Below, piece by piece: positions 7,842 through 16,098 of a stretch of 53,138 nucleotides of DNA. The DNA lies in the IMG/VR virus record IMGVR_UViG_3300032753_000038, positions 1-53,138 of that record; one strand, 5' to 3'. The DNA is from a virus. Taxonomy: Duplodnaviria > Caudoviricetes. The notes under the pieces are model-generated. The model ran no database searches and had not been told where the DNA came from. It saw only the letters and a list, made by a program, of their open reading frames with translations. Within the stretch, counting starts at the first letter, position 1. The number at the start of each line of letters is the position of its first letter. Both the position numbers and the translations under genes were made by a program.

Positions 7842-8864
7842 TTACACGCTCTGATAAATTTTGATCAACTGCTGACGATCTATAGTATTTGATTCAATAC
7901 TTTTTAAGTGACTGATCACAATAGTATCGATACTTTCAAAATTTATATCTGCTGTTTCATCAACATCTAGATCGTTCAAATTTTTAGTGATCAGATGCAC
8001 ATCCTTACCTTTAAGCTCAGTCTCGAACATCTCCTTCATGAAGTTTGCTTCTTCATAATTGATGTCAACGTCTATTGTTATGCGTGCATATGTATGCTCA
8101 TCAATATACTTGCTTGGATCTGTTAGAACTTGACTCAATGTTAGTGTGCGGTATTTGGGTGCACCTGGATACGATTTAAAAGTTGGATCTATCCCAGGCT
8201 CCCACATCATAATGCCGCGATCGTCATCCCAAGCGTCTGAATAATCGTGTGGGAAACAATTACCTATGTACCATATAGTACCTTTGTTCTGCCGCTTGTG
8301 GAAATGCCCGCTGAACACTTGCTTTTGATTGGCAAAATGATCCTTGTTTAGCATACCATGATCTGGCATCTCTACCATAGCATTCATCTTGAAGCTTGGT
8401 AGTTCAAAATGCCCAAACATATATGGAGCTTTGATCTTCTGGATCTTCTTCCAATCATCTCCTACTAACCATGGAACAAATGCAACATCTCCTACTTCAG
8501 TTATTGAGTCTATTAGATGTATGTTTGAGAATTGATCAATGTAAGGGATACTGTGAATTTCGTACTTGTCTCGATAGAATAAATCGTGGTTACCCAACAA
8601 GAATACTACATTGTCAAAATAGTCGTTGAGCAGTTTTAAACCGCTGACTGAATAATTGAGAGTAGAAATGTTGATAGCGCTGCGAACATGATGCCAATCG
8701 CCACCAAATATACAGGTTTTGGTCCCCCAATCTTCTGCCTGCTCTATCATCCATTTGACAAAACCTTCGCAGGCAGAATTGTGATCTCGGCTGTTATTAC
8801 ACAGACCATAGTGAATGTCGGTAAACACCATAGTCTTTGAAAAATCTATATTTTTGAGCCCCAT
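7842..8864 (-). CDS. Recombination nuclease subunit (T4 gp47 / SbcD / Mre11-like)
   Basis: Metallophosphoesterase motifs DIH, GDWHH, GNHD, GHFE, SGHFH. Adjacent to gp46. Confidence 0.95.
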   Translation of the reverse strand: MGLKNIDFSKTMVFTDIHYGLCNNSRDHNSACEGFVKWMIEQAEDWGTKTCIFGGDWHHVRSAINISTLNYSVSGLKLLNDYFDNVVFLLGNHDLFYRDKYEIHSIPYIDQFSNIHLIDSITEVGDVAFVPWLVGDDWKKIQKIKAPYMFGHFELPSFKMNAMVEMPDHGMLNKDHFANQKQVFSGHFHKRQNKGTIWYIGNCFPHDYSDAWDDDRGIMMWEPGIDPTFKSYPGAPKYRTLTLSQVLTDPSKYIDEHTYARITIDVDINYEEANFMKEMFETELKGKDVHLITKNLNDLDVDETADINFESIDTIVISHLKSIESNTIDRQQLIKIYQSV

Positions 8865-8889
8865 GATATATCCTAATTGCTTGATTTAT

Positions 8890-8919
8890 ATTATGCCTTT
8901 TTATGGAGGTACAAGTCAA
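8890..8919 (-). promoter_or_regulatory. Sigma70-type promoter upstream of gp47
   Basis: TTGACT-18-CATAAT on the minus strand. Confidence 0.55.
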
Positions 8920-8930
8920 TGAATCGTTAA

Positions 8931-10520
8931 TTACAGATTTTTTACCCATACAGCGTTTCCTGCATCATAAAATCTGTTGTAACCCATGTTTGTTGCAATT
9001 TCTATTTCTGTAGAACCAGGTGCTTTACCAATAATTTTGTGTTTCTGAAAAGACATTCTGCTTTTTATATCGTCTATATTTTTAAAATACCAATAGTTTG
9101 GTTTACTGAATCCTTTAAATTCAAATCCAGCTTGCTTGTATACATTACCCTGCCCCCAGCAGAGATCAGCGTATGTTATTAAGGTTGTTGGACCCAAAAT
9201 CAATTTTGCTGCATTGAGTAATTTAGACAAGTTACCTGCTATAGAAATGTCAGATTTATTAGCAAATCTTGTTAATTCGTATTCTGCTTTTTTACTGAAG
9301 CGATTTTTAGATATGGATATAACAGATACAAGGTCGTTGTTATAGAAAGCACCCCAGTGGTATTTAGACCTATGATAACCCTGTAAGTGGTATCGATTAA
9401 GAAAAGCTTTGGCTATTTCTGAGTCTATGACTTTTATATCACATTCTCTAGCACCAATTCTATTTTTAATTAAACCAAATGCATTTGTTAACCTATTTAA
9501 AATTATATTATGTTTATTGTTAAGATCGTGTTCCCATACTTGTATTAAGTTTAACCCTGCATCTTTAGCCATTTTGAATTTTTTAAAATGATAACTTCTA
9601 TCATTTAAAATTTTTTCAGAATGCCACCATATACCATTAAATTCTATAGCAATATGTTTAGAAGGTATTACAAAATCTAATTCAAATGGTTTAATAGTTT
9701 GGCGATCATTTTGAATAAACGGTATTTTGTGCTCTTCTAACCATTGCCTTATGATTCTCTCACCTGACGATTCTGACAATGGCGAACAATTAGGACATCT
9801 CACTCCGTCGTTGCGCAACTTTTGATTGAATTTTAGTTTACAAATATTACATTCCCACGGCCATTCTGTATCACTATCATTCTCTATATAATCAGTTAAT
9901 GTGAATAAATTTGTTGCAGTTGATCTAGCTGCGATAACAGCATCAAATTGCCTAATTCTAGTATTGATTCTAGCTTGTATTACATTTTCTTTTATATGCA
10001 TGCTATTTTCAACACCATAACGAGATAACATAGTTTCCTTCATTTTGGTTTGTATAACATCGCTCTGTGCAGGATGTTCTACTCCAAATTTTTTAAGATT
10101 GGTTTGTTTAACACTATTTTTAAACTCTTTTGTTTTGCTGTAATGTTCTTCTCCAAATTTTTCTATGGATGTTTGTTTAATTTTTTTTGCAAAATCAGTT
10201 GATTTACTATAATAATCAACTCCATATTTTTGTATATTGGTAGCTTTTATTTTGTCTTGACTATATAGAGCGGTGCATTTTCTGCTACAAAATTGTCTAT
10301 ATTCATTTTTATCTGGATGCCAAGAAAGAGTTTTACCACATTTGCATAGAGGTATAGGTAAATTATTGATTGCGTGCCATAATATTTGTCTGCAATTACT
10401 TATACCTAGAGACGATTTGATTTCAAGATAAACATCTTTGAAATCACTTTTCAATAAGTGATCAAATTTTAACTTTTTCCTTGCTAACAATTGCTCAGAT
10501 TCAAATATTAATAAATTCAT
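8931..10520 (-). CDS. Free-standing homing-endonuclease-like protein (Hef/Vsr-like PD-(D/E)xK nuclease) with N-terminal repeats and a C-terminal GNAT-like domain
   Basis: Four K.T..(Q/E/K/S)(K/R)(Y/F)G(V/E)(D/E) repeats, CxxC pairs and ELDFVIPSKHIAIEFNGIWWH. The C-terminus has FLNRYHLQG, ELTRFA and TYAD...GNVYKQAGF. Very AT-rich, inserted between conserved core genes. Confidence 0.7.
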   Translation of the reverse strand: MNLLIFESEQLLARKKLKFDHLLKSDFKDVYLEIKSSLGISNCRQILWHAINNLPIPLCKCGKTLSWHPDKNEYRQFCSRKCTALYSQDKIKATNIQKYGVDYYSKSTDFAKKIKQTSIEKFGEEHYSKTKEFKNSVKQTNLKKFGVEHPAQSDVIQTKMKETMLSRYGVENSMHIKENVIQARINTRIRQFDAVIAARSTATNLFTLTDYIENDSDTEWPWECNICKLKFNQKLRNDGVRCPNCSPLSESSGERIIRQWLEEHKIPFIQNDRQTIKPFELDFVIPSKHIAIEFNGIWWHSEKILNDRSYHFKKFKMAKDAGLNLIQVWEHDLNNKHNIILNRLTNAFGLIKNRIGARECDIKVIDSEIAKAFLNRYHLQGYHRSKYHWGAFYNNDLVSVISISKNRFSKKAEYELTRFANKSDISIAGNLSKLLNAAKLILGPTTLITYADLCWGQGNVYKQAGFEFKGFSKPNYWYFKNIDDIKSRMSFQKHKIIGKAPGSTEIEIATNMGYNRFYDAGNAVWVKNL

Positions 10521-10570
10521 GGTATAATATCCTTTTGCATATTATACCTTATGAATTAATTCGTAGTCAA
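10514..10570 (-). promoter_or_regulatory. Sigma70-type promoter overlapping a hairpin that covers the endonuclease start codon
   Basis: TTGACT (10570-10565)-18-TATAAT (10546-10541). Inverted repeats at 10521-10530/10539-10548 and 10514-10520/10551-10557. Confidence 0.65.
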
Positions 10571-10580
10571 CTAGACTATG

Positions 10581-12431
10581 TTAATCTGTCTTTTTTTGTG
10601 CAACTGATTCTGCTGCTAGTTTTTTTGATGCGATTTCGTTTTCTGATTGTCTTGTGTAGCTTGGAGTAGCACCGTGCATTGTTAATAAGTCGTCTCTAAT
10701 ATTTTGGTTCTTTTTTTCTATGTTGAGAACGCGGGTGAAGCTATTGGTCAATGCTGCGGTATAATAGGCGAATGGGTTCGGTGTTTCTGACCTGCTTTCA
10801 TCAAACTGTAAACCAATTTGACTTAATTGTAATAATGCTTGACTCTTCATTTCATCCAGATAGGTATTACCGGTTATGTATGCCTTGCCGTTACGACGTG
10901 CTACAAAACATCCGTATTCTGTTTCTGGGCACCAAACCATACCGTTATAATACGTTGTTGGTTCGTTTGGATGATACTCTTTGCCCCGACCCGAACCGAG
11001 ACCTCGACCTGTCCTGCCGTTGCGCTTACCACCGTGGAAATCGATACACTCCGCTCGTGTAGTGTTGCCTCGAGATGAAAACAAATTCATTTGATAAAAG
11101 TTTGAAGTCTTGCCATATGACGGATGATCTTCAATAAGATAATAATTGGTCTTAATACCTGCTAATGTACACAAAGCCTGTAGGATATCTATACCGTCTT
11201 TGTTTTTTTGTACGTATCTTCTATGTCCATTTGTACGCCATCCGTCGACGTCTATCATAGTGTTAATCAATAGTTCGCGTTGTATATTAGTCAATGACAA
11301 AATAAAGTCCATGCTGAGATTTTTGTTTGGTAATAGACTTGCTATTTTTCTTGAATCTTCTCTTGATATAGCAAATGTGATGTTCTTTTTTCCTGGAGGT
11401 GATTCGCTGAATTTATATCCTAGTTTGATTAAACAATTTCTTATACGATCAGCTTTTGGACCAACGTTTTGATAGATAGTAATACGTTTAATCCCCTTTT
11501 CGTTAGATTCATAGCATCCTTCTGTTACTATCCAACCGGCTAGCTCTACAAAACTATCCTCATATATACCGCAGCCATCTTCAACTGCGCTGCCCATAAG
11601 TATTACTTTGTCTGATTCTATAAGATGTTCGGCCTTAATTAATCCTCTTTCGGTTACAAGCTTGTGATTGGGTGTTATAAGTGCATCCATGCCTCTTACT
11701 GTCAATCGATGCATTAATCCGTCATAATGACCCCTGTATATGCTCTTGATGCGGCTCCATACCAAAGATCCGTTTGAGTATGATAGGATAGTGTCATCCT
11801 CACTGATGTCATTTATTCCCAACCATCCTCTCTTAGTTAGTGCTTGAGTATCTGTATCGATGCAGTAACCCCTCCAGTTACCTCTATGACTGTATCTCTC
11901 TACTAGTTTCATAAACATCATAGCCAATCTATTAGTCATCTTGCCATGAGAGGTATTGAACTGCCCGTTTTCTAATCCTCCTTGCCAATGACTTTTACCT
12001 ACGCATCTAAACTCTCCCTCAACTATTATGAAGTGTTGGAACGGGGGAAAGTTGCATCTCATGTGTCGATTAGCTTCAGTTTTGGCTTTGCCTACCTTCT
12101 CTTCGTTTATGGGTATATGGTCAAAAGTCATAAGTCTTATAACTATACTTTCTTGTGGTACATCGTCTAAGCTAACGTTTATGATTGGATTTTTAATACC
12201 CTTTGCAACCATTTCTTTCTTACGTTTTAGAGTTTCTTGAGTTACTTTACGCTTTCTTGCTTCATCTATAGATGCCTGCGTAACTTTGTCTAAATCATTA
12301 ACTATGATGTCGTAGTTGCTGTAAACAGGATCAATGAACTCGCAGTAACTTTTTTTGCTGGTGTGTATTTCTTCTAATAAATCTTTATTTGTTAGGTACT
12401 TTATCTTTGTTGGGGAGCTGTTTTTCATCAT
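10581..12431 (-). CDS. Late-transcription sigma factor (T4 gp55-like), intein-containing
   Basis: KYLTNKDLLEEI N-terminus. After intein removal it reads RYSHRGNWRGY|TYLDEMKSQALLQL...FDESRSETPNPFAYYT...F.RVLNIEKKNQ, typical of gp55. Upstream of gp47/gp46 as in T4. Confidence 0.85.
   Translation of the reverse strand: MMKNSSPTKIKYLTNKDLLEEIHTSKKSYCEFIDPVYSNYDIIVNDLDKVTQASIDEARKRKVTQETLKRKKEMVAKGIKNPIINVSLDDVPQESIVIRLMTFDHIPINEEKVGKAKTEANRHMRCNFPPFQHFIIVEGEFRCVGKSHWQGGLENGQFNTSHGKMTNRLAMMFMKLVERYSHRGNWRGYCIDTDTQALTKRGWLGINDISEDDTILSYSNGSLVWSRIKSIYRGHYDGLMHRLTVRGMDALITPNHKLVTERGLIKAEHLIESDKVILMGSAVEDGCGIYEDSFVELAGWIVTEGCYESNEKGIKRITIYQNVGPKADRIRNCLIKLGYKFSESPPGKKNITFAISREDSRKIASLLPNKNLSMDFILSLTNIQRELLINTMIDVDGWRTNGHRRYVQKNKDGIDILQALCTLAGIKTNYYLIEDHPSYGKTSNFYQMNLFSSRGNTTRAECIDFHGGKRNGRTGRGLGSGRGKEYHPNEPTTYYNGMVWCPETEYGCFVARRNGKAYITGNTYLDEMKSQALLQLSQIGLQFDESRSETPNPFAYYTAALTNSFTRVLNIEKKNQNIRDDLLTMHGATPSYTRQSENEIASKKLAAESVAQKKTD
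10866..11864 (-). mobile_element. 333-aa intein with a LAGLIDADG homing endonuclease
   Basis: Begins CIDTDTQALTKRGW (block A), has TPNH (block B), LAGWIVTEG and INTMIDVDG (endonuclease blocks C and E), VWCPET (block F), and ends YITGN followed by +1 Thr. Confidence 0.9.
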
Positions 12432-12463
12432 ATTCCTTTTAACAAATTGATCTAAATCATTAT

Positions 12464-12492
12464 AATTTATAAGATGTTACCTAAGTAGTCAA
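12464..12492 (-). promoter_or_regulatory. Possible sigma70-type promoter for the sigma factor gene
   Basis: TTGACT-17-TAAATT on the minus strand. Confidence 0.45.
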
Positions 12493-12522
12493 TTTATCAT
12501 TATATATATGGTTTATAGAGAC

Positions 12523-12530
12523 CATAAATA
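12523..12530 (+). promoter_or_regulatory. Late promoter (CATAAATA) for the baseplate operon
   Basis: One mismatch from TATAAATA, 28 nt upstream of the ATG at 12559. Confidence 0.6.
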
Positions 12531-12558
12531 CTGTTGTTATTAACTTAGGTGTATATTT

Positions 12559-13347
12559 ATGGCTGATCCCGGCACTTCTACATTCATAAGCAACGATTCA
12601 GATGCTAGCTCTCGTCGAGTTAGATTGCGGCCAAAGCCTGCTGCAGTAGGCACTATATATGGAAGTGGTTTGATAAATCCGTTGCGAAACACAAACGGTA
12701 TGGTATGGATGTACCAACCAACTATAACTTACCAACAGGGAACTACCTATACTAACATAGATTTAGTACATGCTAACACAGAACTATATGCATATACAAG
12801 GACCAATGCTCTTAAACTAACTGTAGATGGTAAGTTTTCTGTTCAAAACCAAACTGAAGGTGTTTATGCGTTAGCCTGCATACATTTCTTGAGAACAGTA
12901 ACCAAAATGTGGTTTGGTCAAAATGATCCAAATGCTGGCACACCACCGCCTGTATTATTGTTTGATGCATATGGTGATTATATGTTTAATCAACTTCCAG
13001 TTATTGTAAATGACTTTACAATTGGATTACCAGACGATGTTGATTATGTTCCAATTAGCCAGTCTTATATTTCTACACAGATGCCGTCAACAACAAGCGG
13101 TGGGTATAATGGAATACCAGCTACAACAATTTCGTCGGGTACTTCAGCACAATCTATACCTACTACTGCTAACACCAGCGCATTACAATCTGGTTCTAAT
13201 CTTTCAGGAAATTATGTTTGGTTACCGGCCGTGTTTAACATAACCGTGAGCATGACAGTGCAACAAACACCTGCTAATTTACGTACAGTCTTTAATTTAG
13301 ATTCATTTAGATCAGGACAGCTTATGCAACAAGGTGGATGGATATGA
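12559..13347 (+). CDS. Baseplate/tail-tube initiator-like structural protein
   Basis: YQPTITY, HFLRTVTKM and GTPPPVLLFDAYG..MF..LPV motifs of tube-fold proteins. Precedes a gp53-like gene. Confidence 0.6.
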   Translation: MADPGTSTFISNDSDASSRRVRLRPKPAAVGTIYGSGLINPLRNTNGMVWMYQPTITYQQGTTYTNIDLVHANTELYAYTRTNALKLTVDGKFSVQNQTEGVYALACIHFLRTVTKMWFGQNDPNAGTPPPVLLFDAYGDYMFNQLPVIVNDFTIGLPDDVDYVPISQSYISTQMPSTTSGGYNGIPATTISSGTSAQSIPTTANTSALQSGSNLSGNYVWLPAVFNITVSMTVQQTPANLRTVFNLDSFRSGQLMQQGGWI

Positions 13348-13652
13348 CAACAGTTGCATATCCATCTACTAGTATATATTCTAGTACCCCTCAGGTATTT
13401 GATTATGTATCATATTTAGATTTTTGGAACGGTGTTACTATTACCCCAACTGGATCTGATACTCTTATAAGTTTAGATCAAAAATACAATTATAGACCTG
13501 ATTTGTTGAGTTACGATCAATACGGTACTCCGCAGCTCTGGTGGGTTTTCATGTTGCGCAACCCAGATATAATAAAAGATCCTGTTTGGGACTTTGTAAC
13601 AGGCATAAACATATATGTTCCAGTTAAAAATGTTCTCACAGGATATATCTAA
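13338..13652 (+). CDS. Baseplate wedge protein, gp53/LysM-like
   Basis: YNYRPDLLSYDQYGTPQLWWVF..RN motif. Confidence 0.8.
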   Translation: MDMTTVAYPSTSIYSSTPQVFDYVSYLDFWNGVTITPTGSDTLISLDQKYNYRPDLLSYDQYGTPQLWWVFMLRNPDIIKDPVWDFVTGINIYVPVKNVLTGYI

Positions 13653-16081
13653 TGCCAGCAGCACAAAATCCAGATTCTCCAAATGCAATACCGGCTACGC
13701 CCGCCCAATTAGATCAAAATACAACTGCATCTGCTACTACACAGACTACCAATCAGTCAAATTCTCCGGGACAAAATGCAGTAGCAGCCGCAACAACAAC
13801 AGCTACTACTACACAGCAGAATCAACAAACCATTGCTAACCAATTGAGTTCAGTTGGAATTAATTTTAACCCTGTACAAAACCCTCTTAATGTATATGCA
13901 AATTACACTTATCATATTAGGTGGTTTCAAACTAATGAACTTGTAGCATATTCAGTTGGAATAACCTCAGCTGGTAGTAATGTACCAAACTCAACTATAG
14001 GTCTACCTACCCCAAGCCTATATCCAACTAAGGCTGTAGCAGACGGTTTTCCTAAGATGGTTATAGCTGAAAGTGGTGTAACGGCCGGTTTTAACATAAA
14101 AAGTTTTGAATTTGTAAATTTATGCAGTCCGGGCCCAAAAAATCTTAACAGTCATATGATGAATTGGACTATGGTTGTAACTGAACCGTTTGGATTTAGT
14201 TTGATCGACAAGATACGTTCTGGTTCATTAGCTATGAATTATCTTAGATGTCCTTATTTTGTAGATATTTGGTTTGACGGATACGATGATAATGGTAATG
14301 TACAGACTAATCTTTTTTATAAATTATACAGGATAACAATAGCTGACGTTGATATAAAATATACAGAAGCAGGTGCTATGTATACATTAACCGGTTTTTG
14401 TGATGGGGATATAGGAATGAGCAATGAAATTGCTATACCCCCTGGACAATTAAGCATACAAGCAAAAACCGTTGGTGATTTTTTCAGTCAGCTTCAAACA
14501 AAATTAAATGTTCAGACTAAAGCTGTAAATGAACAACCCACTGTTAATCCAAACATAACTTATTCGTTTGTAATCCCTTCTGACATCAAAAGTTGGCAAT
14601 TGAAGCAAGGGGATCCTCAATCCCAACCTCAGCAAAACTCTGATATGACTGTACCATATGATGGTATTACTATGAATATCAAAACTGGTCACGGTACTAG
14701 TATGGAAGCTATCATCAACCAAGTTATGAGCTTGTCACCGGAAGCATTACAATGGGTGAAAGCTACAGGATTTGGATCTAAATCTGGGTCTGATTATAAC
14801 ACAACTGGAAATATGACATGGCCAATGTTACATCCTGTAGTTACTATTACAGGATTTGATTTATTAACTCAAGATTATGTTAGAAACGTACAATACAACC
14901 TAGTCCCATTCTTGTCGCCAAATATAGCAGGTGATCTCGATTCGGTTAATAATCAAACACAACAATCTGTGCAACAGGCTGGATTTGCATTTTTAGCCGG
15001 TAACAATTCATTAGTGAAAGAATATGATTATTACTACACAGGATTGAACACAGAGATAATTAAATGGGACATAGCGTTTAAGTGGACTTGGAGCACTGAC
15101 TTGGCTCAATTCCAGGCTAATAATAACTATGGCGATTTTGCATCAAAACCTAAATATGATCCTAATCAAGTAGGCAATGAACGCAACGAGGGTAGATACA
15201 ATCCTACACCTAAAGGTCAACAAGGTATACAAGCAAATACACCTACTGCAACCGCGCAGAATGATATTAACACTGCTATACAAAATTTAGGTGCAGCAGA
15301 ACGTATAGTACAATTAAAATCAAACGGGCAATTATCAGTAAGCGAAGCTCTTGGAAAAATTAATCCAGCGCTAGCGCAACAACTACCAAATATCAATGCA
15401 CAGCTAGCTAAAGCTGCAAACGGTGCAATATATGCTGAAGATGTACAAAATAGTCCAGCGCAACAAGAGTTGATACCCATAGTTATAAGACAATCAAACG
15501 ATCCTAGTGCACCTAATACCAACCAAGGTAGTGATACTAATGCACCTCAGGCTGAGTCAAGTGTAACTACGATGCCCGGAAGTAGAAGTTTTATAGGTTC
15601 AGTTTTAGGGAATCTATTTTCTGATTATCCTTCTGCTCTTGATATAGAGATAGAAATAAGAGGCGACCCATACTGGATGGGTCAAGGTAATATAGCAGAT
15701 GATATAATAACTACTAACTGGGCTAAAATAGCATCAACAAATATAGCAACTCCCAATGCTAGACCTACTGCAGACAATACTTGTGCCGATTTTAACGGAT
15801 GCAGTCCCGCATTTATACTGACATTTAGAACTGGAGAAACTTATAATGTTGATACTGGTTTGATGCAATTTGATACCAACAGTTCTTTCTGGAACGGTGC
15901 ATATCAAGTTATTGAAGTGCATAATCATTTTGTTGATGGCAAGTTTACTCAAACATTGAAAGCGCGCAGATATGTTTTTCAGAAATTGTTGTCGAATGCA
16001 CTAGCTAACACACAAGCACAGGCACGAACATCAAACGGTACTGCAATAGGATCAAATGGACGTATAACAGGTTCTGTTTAA
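13652..16081 (+). CDS. Baseplate hub protein (gp27/GpD-like)
   Basis: C-terminal IEIRGDPYW and GAYQVIEVHNHFVDGKFTQTL. Lies between gp53 and gp5. Confidence 0.65.
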   Translation: MPAAQNPDSPNAIPATPAQLDQNTTASATTQTTNQSNSPGQNAVAAATTTATTTQQNQQTIANQLSSVGINFNPVQNPLNVYANYTYHIRWFQTNELVAYSVGITSAGSNVPNSTIGLPTPSLYPTKAVADGFPKMVIAESGVTAGFNIKSFEFVNLCSPGPKNLNSHMMNWTMVVTEPFGFSLIDKIRSGSLAMNYLRCPYFVDIWFDGYDDNGNVQTNLFYKLYRITIADVDIKYTEAGAMYTLTGFCDGDIGMSNEIAIPPGQLSIQAKTVGDFFSQLQTKLNVQTKAVNEQPTVNPNITYSFVIPSDIKSWQLKQGDPQSQPQQNSDMTVPYDGITMNIKTGHGTSMEAIINQVMSLSPEALQWVKATGFGSKSGSDYNTTGNMTWPMLHPVVTITGFDLLTQDYVRNVQYNLVPFLSPNIAGDLDSVNNQTQQSVQQAGFAFLAGNNSLVKEYDYYYTGLNTEIIKWDIAFKWTWSTDLAQFQANNNYGDFASKPKYDPNQVGNERNEGRYNPTPKGQQGIQANTPTATAQNDINTAIQNLGAAERIVQLKSNGQLSVSEALGKINPALAQQLPNINAQLAKAANGAIYAEDVQNSPAQQELIPIVIRQSNDPSAPNTNQGSDTNAPQAESSVTTMPGSRSFIGSVLGNLFSDYPSALDIEIEIRGDPYWMGQGNIADDIITTNWAKIASTNIATPNARPTADNTCADFNGCSPAFILTFRTGETYNVDTGLMQFDTNSSFWNGAYQVIEVHNHFVDGKFTQTLKARRYVFQKLLSNALANTQAQARTSNGTAIGSNGRITGSV

Positions 16082-16098
16082 ATTAGATGAGGTAAAAT

